A stretch of DNA of 64,000 bases, taken from assembly GCA_963847705.1 (NCBI GenBank), contig CAWKBC010000027.1, forward strand, positions 288,001 through 352,000, in the 5' to 3' direction. Shown piece by piece: positions 32,095-41,523 of the stretch; within the stretch, counting starts at the first letter, position 1; each line of letters starts with the position of its first letter. The DNA is from an uncultured Pseudomonadota bacterium. GTDB lineage: Bacteria > Myxococcota_A > Polyangia > Fen-1088. A program made the position numbers and the translations under genes. The notes beneath the pieces are model-generated. The model was not told where the DNA came from and searched no databases. It saw nothing but the letters and a program-made list of their open reading frames with translations.

Positions 32095-33060
32095 ATGACC
32101 GAAAAAGAATCCAAGAGAGGGCCGGAAGAGCGATTGGAAAAGGGCCTGGCCGACCGATTCGAAGCCCATCGGGACCACCTGCGGCGGGTGGCCCACCGGA
32201 TGCTCGGCGCCGCCGGCGAGGCGGACGACGCGGTTCAGGAGGCCTGGCTGCGGCTCAGCCGGTCCGACGGCGGGGCGGTCGACAACCTCGGCGGCTGGCT
32301 GACCACCGTGGTGGCGCGCGTCTGCCTGGACATGTTGCGCGCCCGCAAGTCCCGGCGCGAGGAGCCCACTGACCGCCACCTGGCCGACCTCGTCGCGCGC
32401 ACCGGCGGAGAGACCGGCCAGGCCGAGGCCCAGGCGGCGCCGGGGCCCGAGCGCGAGCTGCTGCTGGCCGATTCGATCGGCGTCGCCTTGCTGGTGGTGC
32501 TGGAGACGCTGGCGCCGGCCGAGCGAGTGGCGTTCGTCCTGCACGACATGTTCGATCTCTCGTTCGACGACATCGCGCCGATCGTCGGGCGCTCGACGGT
32601 GGCGACCCGGCAGCTGGCGAGCCGCGCGCGCCGCCGCGTGCAGCTGGGGCGGGCCGCCTCCGATGCCGAGGTGAGGCACCAGCAGGCGCTGGTCGGCGCC
32701 TTCTTGGCGGCCGCGCGCGCCGGGGACTTTCAGGCGCTGCTGGCGGTGCTCGATCCGGACGTCGTGCTGCACGCCGACGGCGTGGCCGTCGCGGCGGCGG
32801 CGGCGAATCAGTCGAGGGGTGCGCCGCCGTTCGCGCCCGAAGTGCGCGGCGGGGCGGCGGTCGCCGAGACCTTCCGGGGTCGCGCGCGGGGCGCGCAGCC
32901 GGCGCTGGTCGAGGGCCTCCCGGGGGCGGTCTGGGCGCCGGGCGGGCAGGTGAGGGCCGTGTTCGGCTTCGTCATCGACGAGGAGAAGATCGTCGAGATC
33001 GCGGTCACCGCCAATCCGGCGCGCATCGCCGAGCTGGACGTGCGCATCGCCGGTGAATAG
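32095..33060 (+). CDS. ECF sigma factor with SnoaL-like C-terminal extension (ECF41/SigJ-like)
   Basis: ADDAVQEAWLR, ERVAFVLHDMF, RQLASRARR, LDPDVVLHADG, terminal NPARI. Confidence 0.9.
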   Translation: MTEKESKRGPEERLEKGLADRFEAHRDHLRRVAHRMLGAAGEADDAVQEAWLRLSRSDGGAVDNLGGWLTTVVARVCLDMLRARKSRREEPTDRHLADLVARTGGETGQAEAQAAPGPERELLLADSIGVALLVVLETLAPAERVAFVLHDMFDLSFDDIAPIVGRSTVATRQLASRARRRVQLGRAASDAEVRHQQALVGAFLAAARAGDFQALLAVLDPDVVLHADGVAVAAAAANQSRGAPPFAPEVRGGAAVAETFRGRARGAQPALVEGLPGAVWAPGGQVRAVFGFVIDEEKIVEIAVTANPARIAELDVRIAGE

Positions 33061-34671
33061 CCGAGGCCATCCTCTTTGCGTTTGAACACGCGCACGCCCT
33101 CGATCTCGGCCTCGAGGCGGTAGTCCGACGAGAGCAGCTGGGCCAGCGCCGGGTAGTGCTCGGGCGGAAACGGGTAGTCGTAGCGCCCGGGCGAGGTGTC
33201 GAGGATGTAGGCGGGGCGGGCGCGCGCCAGAATCGGCGAGCAGCATCGGCCAGGCCTCGGGCACCAGGTGGCCGCGGGTGGTGGCGCCGCCTTGCGCGCG
33301 CGCGCCCGACAGGAGATGCGTGTAGACGAAGCGTGAGGCCGGGCAGCGATCGGCGTCGACGTAGAGCGCGGGGAACCACCCCCAGACGAAGACCTGATCG
33401 TCAGGCTGCGTTCTGGCGCGGACGTAGGCAGAGGCCTCTCGGTAGTCCGGGTTCAGCGTGAGCCAGCTGTCGGTCGCGCCCCGGAACAGCCAGGCGGCGA
33501 CCAGGAACCCGGACGCCATGGTGGTCACCAGGGCCGCCAGCCGGCGCCGCTCTACGGTCGACGCGGCCGTCAGCCAGGCAACCCCACCGACGCCGGCCAG
33601 CACCGAGAGCGGAGGGACGGTGAGGAGAAAGTAGTGCCCGTACATCCGCCCTCCGATGAGGGCGGCCCCGGTCATCGCGGCCAGCCAGAGCCAGACGACC
33701 AGGGCGTCGCCCCGCCACCGGACGCGGCGGCCGAGAAAAAGGAGGGGCGACATCGCCAGCGCAAAGGGGAGAAAACACTTGAACAGCCTCGCCACGAATC
33801 CCCCGGAGGCTGCGGCGGCGGGCATGTAGTGGCGGAAGATGTACGTCCAGGACCAGAACAGCGCGTCGCGCAGGATTCCCTGGCGCCAGAAGAAAACGGC
33901 GACGGTGCCGGTGACGCCCACCACGCCGAGGCCGACAAGAACGAGATCGACGACGGCGCGCCGAAGCTCCCGTCGCCGCAACCCGCGAATCAACCGGTCC
34001 GCCGCCAGCGCCAGCAGCAAGAGGCCAGCCACCTGCTTGAACAGCAACGCGCAGGCGGCCAGCCCGCCTGTCGCCAAAAGGGCGCTCGGTCGCCCGCGCC
34101 CCCGCAGATGGACGAGCACCGCCAGCGACCCCGGCAACACCGAGAAGAGCTCGGTGTTCGCCGCCAACAGCTTGGGCTCGTACGTCGTGGAGAACACGGC
34201 GTAGAGGAGGGCGGCCAGCCACCGCGCGCGCCGCGCCGCCACCGCGTCGGCGCCGCGCCGGCGGGCCAGGGTTGCCGCGATGGCCCCGGCGGCGAGCGCC
34301 GTCGCGAAGGCGGCCACCGCCGCGACGGCGTGCACCGCCCGCATCTGGTAGCGACCGAACAGCCCGAAGACGGCGGTGTAGAGGTAGAAGATCGCCGGGA
34401 ACTTGTTCTCCACGCCGTCGCGGTAGGGGAGCCCGCCGGTCAACATCCGGCAGGCGATCGCCGCGTACGAGCCTTCGTCGATGTCCATGATCGGGTAGAC
34501 GAAGCTCGGCGCGCGCAGCAGGGCGGTCACGACCGCCACCGCCAGCAGACCTCCGAGGTGGCTCTTCCAATCCACCTTCTCCACTTTCTCCGCCGCGCTC
34601 GCCGCGCTCGCCGCGCTCGCTGCGATGGGAGCGGGCCCGGAACCGTTCGGTCCCGCTTCGGTGGATGCCAC
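33060..34671 (-). CDS. GT-C (ArnT/PMT-like) membrane glycosyltransferase with +1 frameshift at ~33231; 3' end uncertain
   Basis: DIDEGSY, PYRDGVENKFP, ANTELF, LFKQ, YGHYF, many TM helices; the C-term ARPAYILDTS lies in the shifted frame, which stays open to 32808. Confidence 0.8.
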
Positions 34672-34952
34672 CCGAAAGACCTAAGGTCGCGATCGTGACG
34701 CGTCCACGATCTCGATCGACCAGGCGCGAAGACACACGGGCGTTCGTGGAACGCAGTTGTCCGAGCCCAGACGGTCTTCGCGCGCCCGTTCGGCGCGCGG
34801 GGCGGACGTCGTAGGCGGAACTCCTACAGTGCTCACATCGACGGTTTCTGTCGCCGCTCCTCCGGTGACTTCGGTCATGCCAGCGACGGGTTTTCGCCAA
34901 AAATGTCTCCGCGGGTGATCGCGATCCGGGAACCCGGGAATCTCCGATCACG

Positions 34953-36461
34953 ATGCTGTCTTACGATCGTCCTCGGAGATTGAATTGCCTCGTCGCTTCC
35001 TGTTTTGCGGCGATGAGCCTGGCGGCCTGCTCCGGCAGCGGGTCGGCCGGCGGCGACGGCGGGAGCGGAGGGACCTCGACAGGTAGCGGTGGGGCGACAG
35101 GGGGAAATGCGAGCGGCGGATCCGCTCCGGGCCAGGGCGGAAGCCTGGGCCAAGGTGGATCGACCGGCGCGGCAACGGGTGGATCAGTCGGCGCAGGCGG
35201 ATCGGGCGGGACGACCGGCGCGGCGGGGAAGGGTGGCGCCGTCGGCAGCGGCGGCGCAGGCGTCGGCGGCAAGGGTGCCGGCGGGACGACCGGTTCGGCA
35301 GGAAAAGCCGGCGGCACCGGAGGCGCGGGGGCAGCCGCGGGACGTGGTGGCGGCACCGGCGGCAGCGTCAGCACCCCGCCCGACGCCGGTCCGCTCCCTG
35401 ACGGCGGCGCTTCGGCTGCCACCACGACGATCCCCGGAAACGGTTGCACGCCGCCGGCGCAGTACGCCGATCTCTTCGTCAGCCTTTTGGGGGAGACGCA
35501 GGCGCAGAGCCAGGCCAAGGTCACCGCCGCCTGGTCGCAGCTCTTCAACCCGTCGAACGCGAACACCATCTTTTACAACGGGCCGGGCACGGGCGAGGCG
35601 TACGTCGAGGACGTCGCGGACAACGCCGTGCGCAGCGAAGGCCAGTCGTACGGGATGATGATCGCTCTTCAGCTCAATCATCAGACGGAGTTCGACGAGC
35701 TGTGGACGTTCGTCAAGAACCACATGTGGAAGAGCGGCAACACCATCGCCTGGCAGACCAGCACCAGCGGCTCCGTCACGGGGTCGGGGGGGGCCCCCGA
35801 CGGCGACGAGTGGTTCGCGGCCGCGCTCGTCTTTGCGCACTATCGCTGGGGCGATACCTCCGGCAAGTACGACTACGGCAGCGAGGCCCAGAAGACGCTC
35901 GACCTGGTCCGGACCACCGACTTCAGCCCGACCCAGTACCTGGTCCGTTACTTCACCGGCACCGACGGGAACGGCACCGACGCCTCGTACATGCTGCCAG
36001 CCTTCTATCAAACGTGGGCCTGCTTCGACACCGCCAACGCCGACTTCTGGAACAAGGTGCTGACCACGACGCGCGCCTGGTTGCAGACCGCGGCCGGTTC
36101 GACCGGCAACATCGGCGACCAGTCTTCGTTCGCCGGTCAGACCACGAACTCCAGCGGCGACGACAAGCTGCGCACGGTCGCGAACTTCATGAGCGACTAC
36201 AATTTCTTCGACGCCGATCCCTTCGAGGCGACCTACGCCAGCGAGTACGCCACCTGGGTCAGCTCCAACAACAACGGCTCGACGGCCATGCTCGCCTGCA
36301 ATGCGCTGCTGGGCTTCGGCCTACCGGCATCGACCGGGAAGGCCTGGGTTCAAAAGCTCTGGTCGGCGGCCATCCCGACGGGGACCTACCGCTACTACGA
36401 CGGGGCGCTCTACACGATCGCGCTCCTGCACGTCAGCGGCACGTTCCATCTCTGGTACTGA
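34953..36461 (+). CDS. GH8 glycoside hydrolase lipoprotein (Rex/xylanase-like) with Gly/Ser/Thr tether
   Basis: Lipobox LAAC; VRSEGQSYGMM, APDGDEW, TDASY, YRYYDG. Confidence 0.87.
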   Translation: MLSYDRPRRLNCLVASCFAAMSLAACSGSGSAGGDGGSGGTSTGSGGATGGNASGGSAPGQGGSLGQGGSTGAATGGSVGAGGSGGTTGAAGKGGAVGSGGAGVGGKGAGGTTGSAGKAGGTGGAGAAAGRGGGTGGSVSTPPDAGPLPDGGASAATTTIPGNGCTPPAQYADLFVSLLGETQAQSQAKVTAAWSQLFNPSNANTIFYNGPGTGEAYVEDVADNAVRSEGQSYGMMIALQLNHQTEFDELWTFVKNHMWKSGNTIAWQTSTSGSVTGSGGAPDGDEWFAAALVFAHYRWGDTSGKYDYGSEAQKTLDLVRTTDFSPTQYLVRYFTGTDGNGTDASYMLPAFYQTWACFDTANADFWNKVLTTTRAWLQTAAGSTGNIGDQSSFAGQTTNSSGDDKLRTVANFMSDYNFFDADPFEATYASEYATWVSSNNNGSTAMLACNALLGFGLPASTGKAWVQKLWSAAIPTGTYRYYDGALYTIALLHVSGTFHLWY

Positions 36462-36585
36462 CCGCGGACCATCGGTTCGTCTCTCGCGGCGCGCGCCGCT
36501 GGCGATCGGCGCGCGCGACAGCGTCAGGGGCGGCCGCCGCGAGAACCACGGCGTCGGCTGGCCGCCATCGTCGGGCGACGCCCTC

Positions 36586-37764
36586 CTAGCCGGGATCGGA
36601 GAGCCCGGACGCCTGCGTGAGACCGGCCGGACAGGCGATCTGCTGGTAGACGAAGTCGGGGTTGTTCGAGGCGCCGAACCAGTTCAGGAACCAGGTGCAG
36701 CCCGCCATGAGCTCGGGCTTGCTGCTGAACGCGGCCTGGCACTTGGTCTGGACGCAGCTCGCATCGCCGTTGCACTCGCTCAGCCAGCCGCCGTACTGGG
36801 TGCCGAGGTCGACCCCCGAGCCCCACTGCGTCGAGCAGGCGTTGAGGGCGCCCACGCCGCCGCCTGGGATCAACAGATCGAACTGCGTGGCCTGAACGCC
36901 TCCGTTGTTGATGACCTGCACGATCATCGTCTTGCCGCTCACGCCTGGCGTCCCCTTCTTGTCGCCGTTCGTGTTGTTGGTGCCGGTGAACTGAAGTTGA
37001 TAGCAACGGCCGCAAGCGTAGTTGCTTCCCGAGGCGGCCGCGTAGCCGTACGACAACGTGTTGTCGAGCGACCAGGGAACGCCGCTCCAGCACATGTAGG
37101 CGGTTCCACCACCCTGACAGGCGTTGACCGCGTCGTAGTTGCTGCCGAGGCTGTTGTCGCTCATGTCGCAGCTCATCATCGGATTGCCGCGGGTGACATT
37201 TCCCTTCCAGCCGCAGGCCGGCTTGCAGCAGTCCCAGTAACGCGAGGCCCAGCCGCTCATCCCGCCGGTGATCGGATTCGGGTGCATGACGGTGGTTCCG
37301 CCGGTGCCGTTGGTGCCGCCGGTGCCGTTGGTGCCGCCGGTGCCGTTCCCGCCGGTGCCGTTCCCGCCGGTGCCGTTCGTGCCGCCGGTCGCGCCGCCTT
37401 TGCCCGCGCTGCCGGCTGCTCCGCCGGTGCCCGTCGTGCCCGCGTGCCCGCCGGCACCGCCCTTGCCGGCGCTGCCGCTCCCGGCCGCTCCGCCGGTGCC
37501 GTTGGTGCCGCCGGTGCCGTTGCCACCGCCGGTGCCGTTCGTTCCGCCGGTGGCTCTCACGCCGCCGGTGCCGTTCGTCCCGCCGGTGCCGTTGACGCCG
37601 CCGGTGCCGTTCCCACCGCCCGTGCCGTTCACGCCGCCCGTGGCGGTCGCACCTCCCGAGCCTGGCGTCCCGTCACCGCTCTGCGGTGCCTGACAGGCAG
37701 CGATCGATAGAGAAAGAGCACAACCCAAGCAGGCGAGAACTGACCTGTACGACATCGACATCAC
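36586..37764 (-). CDS. GH45 endoglucanase lipoprotein with Gly/Thr/Asn tether
   Basis: Lipobox IAAC; GH45 signature SRYWDCCKPAC and QFDLLIPGGGVG. Confidence 0.9.
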   Translation of the reverse strand: MMSMSYRSVLACLGCALSLSIAACQAPQSGDGTPGSGGATATGGVNGTGGGNGTGGVNGTGGTNGTGGVRATGGTNGTGGGNGTGGTNGTGGAAGSGSAGKGGAGGHAGTTGTGGAAGSAGKGGATGGTNGTGGNGTGGNGTGGTNGTGGTNGTGGTTVMHPNPITGGMSGWASRYWDCCKPACGWKGNVTRGNPMMSCDMSDNSLGSNYDAVNACQGGGTAYMCWSGVPWSLDNTLSYGYAAASGSNYACGRCYQLQFTGTNNTNGDKKGTPGVSGKTMIVQVINNGGVQATQFDLLIPGGGVGALNACSTQWGSGVDLGTQYGGWLSECNGDASCVQTKCQAAFSSKPELMAGCTWFLNWFGASNNPDFVYQQIACPAGLTQASGLSDPG

Positions 37765-37951
37765 CTATTCGAAAGGGGGGGAGGCGACGGAAGGGGGCTC
37801 AAGCTATCACGCTCGGTGCTTCCCTGAGATCAACTCGAGGCGATGGTGTTGCGCCCGGCTAGGATAATTCCTGATATTCCAGGCGCCGAGGCCGTCCCGC
37901 CCCCACCGTCCGGCGCTAACCGTTCGTGACGATTCCACGTAGAGTTGCCGC

Positions 37952-39205
37952 GTGCACAGCAGCGAGGCTCTGACCGCCGACACGGGGGGAGCCGAAGTCC
38001 GGCTCGGGCGACGGGGCCCGTTGATCTTGCTTTCGGTCGCCGCCGGGCTCGGCGTCGCGAACCTGTATTACGCGCAGCCCCTCGCCGCCATGATGGCGAA
38101 CGCGCTCGGCGTCTCGGCGGGCCAGATCGGGATGAGCCTGATGGCCTGTCAGCTCGGCTATGCGCTGGGGATGCTGCTCCTGGTGCCGCTCGGCGACGGT
38201 CGCGAGCGCCGCAGGTTGATGGTCCAGACGACGCTGGCGACGAGCGTCTCCGCGCTGCTGGTCGCGTTCTCCTCCCGCTATGCGGTGCTCGTGGTGGCGA
38301 GCGCGGTGCTCGGATTCAGCTCCTGTTTGCCCCAGATGGCGATCCCCTTCGCCGTTGGCCTGGTGAACCGCGAAGAACGTGGCGCCGCCATCGGCACGGT
38401 CATGACCGGCCTCTTGACGGGGATCTTGCTGTCGCGCACCGCCAGCGGGCTGCTCGCGGCGGCGATCGGCTGGCGGGCCACGTTCGTGGGGGCGGCGCTC
38501 TTGATGGCCATCCTGGCGCTGGTGTTGCGGCTGTCGCTTCCGGCGCAGCGGCCGCCCGAGCCGCTGGCCTGGCGCGCGGTCGTCGTCTCCCTGCCCGCCG
38601 TCCTGCGCGCCGAGCCGCTCCTGCGGAGACACGCGCTGCTCGGCGCGCTCGGCTTCGCCGGCTTCAGCATGTTCTGGGCGACCCTTTCGTTCCAGCTGGC
38701 CGTGCTGGGGGAGGGGCCGCGAACGGCGGGGCTGTTCGGCGCGCTGGGGCTGGCCGGGATCGCGGTCGCCCCGCTCGTCGGACGCCACGCCGAGAGGCTC
38801 GGCACGAGGCGGGTCAACGCAGCGGCGCTGAGCATGCTGGCGGCGTCCTTCGTCGTTGCCTTCCTGGCCGCCCGCTCGCTGCCCGGCCTGGCGCTCTCCG
38901 CCATCCTCCTCGACGCTGGAATGCAGTCGAACCACCTGACGAATCAGACGGTCATCTTCGGCTTGACGCCTGCGCTCCGGAACCGGATCAACGCCGTCTA
39001 CATGGTGGTGTTCTTCGTCGGTGGGGCGGTGGGGACGTCGGTCGGGGCCCTGGCCTGGGAGGTGGCGCGCTGGAAGGGGGTCTGTTTCGCCGGGGGCTGC
39101 TTCTCGCTCGCCGGGCTGCTGCCGCTGCTCGGACCGAGGCACGTCGCGACGGTCCCGGCGACGGCACCGTCGCTGTCGCCGCCTGACGACGGGCCGCCTT
39201 CATGA
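37952..39205 (+). CDS. MFS transporter (YnfM-like)
   Basis: VANLYYAQPL, LVPLGDGRERRR, GILLSRT, ~12 TM helices. Confidence 0.9.
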   Translation: MHSSEALTADTGGAEVRLGRRGPLILLSVAAGLGVANLYYAQPLAAMMANALGVSAGQIGMSLMACQLGYALGMLLLVPLGDGRERRRLMVQTTLATSVSALLVAFSSRYAVLVVASAVLGFSSCLPQMAIPFAVGLVNREERGAAIGTVMTGLLTGILLSRTASGLLAAAIGWRATFVGAALLMAILALVLRLSLPAQRPPEPLAWRAVVVSLPAVLRAEPLLRRHALLGALGFAGFSMFWATLSFQLAVLGEGPRTAGLFGALGLAGIAVAPLVGRHAERLGTRRVNAAALSMLAASFVVAFLAARSLPGLALSAILLDAGMQSNHLTNQTVIFGLTPALRNRINAVYMVVFFVGGAVGTSVGALAWEVARWKGVCFAGGCFSLAGLLPLLGPRHVATVPATAPSLSPPDDGPPS

Positions 39206-39483
39206 ACAGGCCCCTCCACAAGAGCGTCTTTCACGTCTGGTGGGATCACGTCGACGGTTCGACGGGCAAGCTGGTGCGCAGCGACAAGGAGTTTCCGCGC
39301 AAGGAGGAAGCGGCGTCCTTCATTCGCAAGACGCCCCATCTCGTCAATCAGGGCGCCGCCGGCTGCTATCAGCTGACCGAGTCGCGCGAGGTGGCCAAAG
39401 ACGGCAAGGCCACGCTCACCTCGATTCGCCAGGACATCTGGACGCTCCAGGAGATCGCTTCGATGTCGCGAAGACCGGCGTGA
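39202..39483 (+). CDS. Hypothetical protein
   Basis: 93 aa ORF coupled to the MFS stop (ATGA); GC3-rich codons. Confidence 0.55.
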   Translation: MNRPLHKSVFHVWWDHVDGSTGKLVRSDKEFPRKEEAASFIRKTPHLVNQGAAGCYQLTESREVAKDGKATLTSIRQDIWTLQEIASMSRRPA

Positions 39484-39524
39484 GCTCCGGACTGAAGCTC
39501 CGGACTGAAGCGACGGGCTTGTGA

Positions 39525-40358
39525 TCAGCGTGAGCTGCTGAGCGTCCGTCGGATCGCGGCCCGTGCCTCGGTCTTGTGCCAACCGCGGGGAGCGAGCTCC
39601 AGATAGCGCTGGTAGGCCGTCCGCGCCTCGTCGTCCCGGCCGTTCTTGGCGTCGGCGCGCGCGATGATGACATAGGCCTCGGCCGCGGTCGGGTCGAGCG
39701 CGAGCGCGCGCCTCGCCCACTGGGCGGCCTCGTCGAGGCGCCCGTGCGCGTGCTCGGCCTGGGCGACCGCCAGCGCAAGGGAGGCGTTCTTCGGATCCGC
39801 CGCGAACGCCTGCGCGCACACCTCGGGCGACCGTCGCCAGAGCCCTCTGCGCCGGGACGTGTCGCACCCTTCGGCGGGGACGCCGCTGTCGCTCACCTTC
39901 GCTGGCGCGGCAACCGGCGCCGCCGCGGCCGGAGCGGCCGGCTCGGCGATGGGCGGCTCGGCGGCGATCACGGGCCGCGCCGGCGGGACAGCGACGGTCG
40001 GCTGCGCGGCGACGGTCGGCGGGACAGCGATCGCCGGCTGGGCGGCGTGCGCCGTCGCGGCCGGCGCCGCTGCTTCCGGCGCGAGCGGCGAGGTCCGCAG
40101 CGCGTTCGCGGCCTGCGCGCGGGACTGCCGCCAGCGCGCCAGGCGTGGCGCGGAGGCGACGGCGCCCAGCGCGGCCGCTCCCAAGAGGAGAGCCACCCCG
40201 AGCCGTGTCTCGATCGTCTGCCGACGCGCGCGCTTTTGCGCGCTCTCCTGGGCGACCCGGACCGCCGCCAGTGACGCACGCGCCTCCTGGGACAGCGCGA
40301 GTTTGAGCGACACGATCGCGACGCCGCGATTCTCCCCGGTCTCCGGCTGTTCGAGCAT
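39525..40358 (-). CDS. Membrane-anchored TPR protein
   Basis: TM segment, Pro/Ala linker, TPR ARRALALDPTAAEAYV...YQRYLELAP. Confidence 0.75.
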   Translation of the reverse strand: MLEQPETGENRGVAIVSLKLALSQEARASLAAVRVAQESAQKRARRQTIETRLGVALLLGAAALGAVASAPRLARWRQSRAQAANALRTSPLAPEAAAPAATAHAAQPAIAVPPTVAAQPTVAVPPARPVIAAEPPIAEPAAPAAAAPVAAPAKVSDSGVPAEGCDTSRRRGLWRRSPEVCAQAFAADPKNASLALAVAQAEHAHGRLDEAAQWARRALALDPTAAEAYVIIARADAKNGRDDEARTAYQRYLELAPRGWHKTEARAAIRRTLSSSR

Positions 40359-40443
40359 CAGCCGATTGAGCCACCGTTCGTCCGATGCCGCAAAAAATCG
40401 ACCCGTCGTGCAGCGCCAGCTCAGCCGGTGGTCCGGGGGCAGC

Positions 40444-41523
40444 TCAGTGGGCGGCGAGCATCGCCGCGCGCGTATCCCGGGTGGCGACGAGCGCCTGGTG
40501 CAACGACCACTGGCCGCGCGCGCGGACCAGGTTGTGCTCGCCGCGGCCCGGGAAGCGGGAGGCGTTCCAGCCGAAGTACGACTCGGCCAGCGCGTCGGCG
40601 GCGAAGCGGGCGGCCAGCTCCAGGCTCACCCACTCGACGCCGAGCACCAGGGCCCGGCGCTCGTCGGCGCCGAGCGCGCGCCCGAGGCCGGCGCGGTAAC
40701 CGTCGAGCGAGGCAGACATGATCTGGAGATCGAGCGCGGCGTTCACGTCGTCCTCGCCGGCGCGGTTGCACCACGAACGCCAGGCGTCGCCCAGCTCGTA
40801 CGCCAGCGGCAGCGGACCGACGGTGTCGAGGTCGATGAGCGCGACCGCGCGCGCGTCGTCGGGCGGTCGCGTCCCCGCGAAGAGGATGTTGTTGAACTTG
40901 AGATCGCCGTGGCAGACGCGCGGCGGCAGCGCCGGGAGCGGGGGGAGGGCGCCCGCGCCGGCGCTGATCGCCTGCGCCAGCGGCCGGACCTCGCCGGCCA
41001 GACGATGCCCGGCGTGGCCGGCGACCGCCTCGTCCAGCCGCGCCAGGTGGCGGGGCGTGTCGTGGACGCCGACGCGCAGGCCGGTGAACGCGTGGTCGAG
41101 ATCCTCGACGGCGGCGTGGAAGCGGCCGACCAGCGCGCCGGCTGCGCCCGCTTGCGCGGCGCCGCCCACCACGTCGTACGCGACGCCGTCGATGTGCGTC
41201 TGCAACCGCCAGACGGTCCCGCCCGGCGCGATGAGATACGGCCGCCCGTCGCGCGCCGGCAGGAGGCGCGGCGTCACCAGCCCGGCGGCCGCCAGCCGCT
41301 CGGTGACCGCCACGATGTTGCCGTGAATCGCCGGCGAGAAGATCGGGCTCACCGCCTGCAGCACGGCCCGCGCGCCGTCCTCGCGCGACAGGAGATAACT
41401 GCGGTTGATGAGGCCGGCCCCGATGCGCGTGGCCAGCGCGCCCTGCCAGCCCGCGTAGCCGGGCAGGACGTCGGTGGCGATCTCCACGGCGTCGTTCGCT
41501 GCAGCTTGGTCCGTCATCGTCAT
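40444..41523 (-). CDS. APH/choline-kinase superfamily phosphotransferase (NahK-like)
   Basis: GAGLINRSY, HGDLKFNNILF, LIDLDT. Confidence 0.85.
   Translation of the reverse strand: MTMTDQAAANDAVEIATDVLPGYAGWQGALATRIGAGLINRSYLLSREDGARAVLQAVSPIFSPAIHGNIVAVTERLAAAGLVTPRLLPARDGRPYLIAPGGTVWRLQTHIDGVAYDVVGGAAQAGAAGALVGRFHAAVEDLDHAFTGLRVGVHDTPRHLARLDEAVAGHAGHRLAGEVRPLAQAISAGAGALPPLPALPPRVCHGDLKFNNILFAGTRPPDDARAVALIDLDTVGPLPLAYELGDAWRSWCNRAGEDDVNAALDLQIMSASLDGYRAGLGRALGADERRALVLGVEWVSLELAARFAADALAESYFGWNASRFPGRGEHNLVRARGQWSLHQALVATRDTRAAMLAAH

Noticed and set aside
39483-39512. 13-bp direct repeat agctccggactga x2
   Set aside because: Only two copies between convergent genes; no mobile element to make it a target-site duplication
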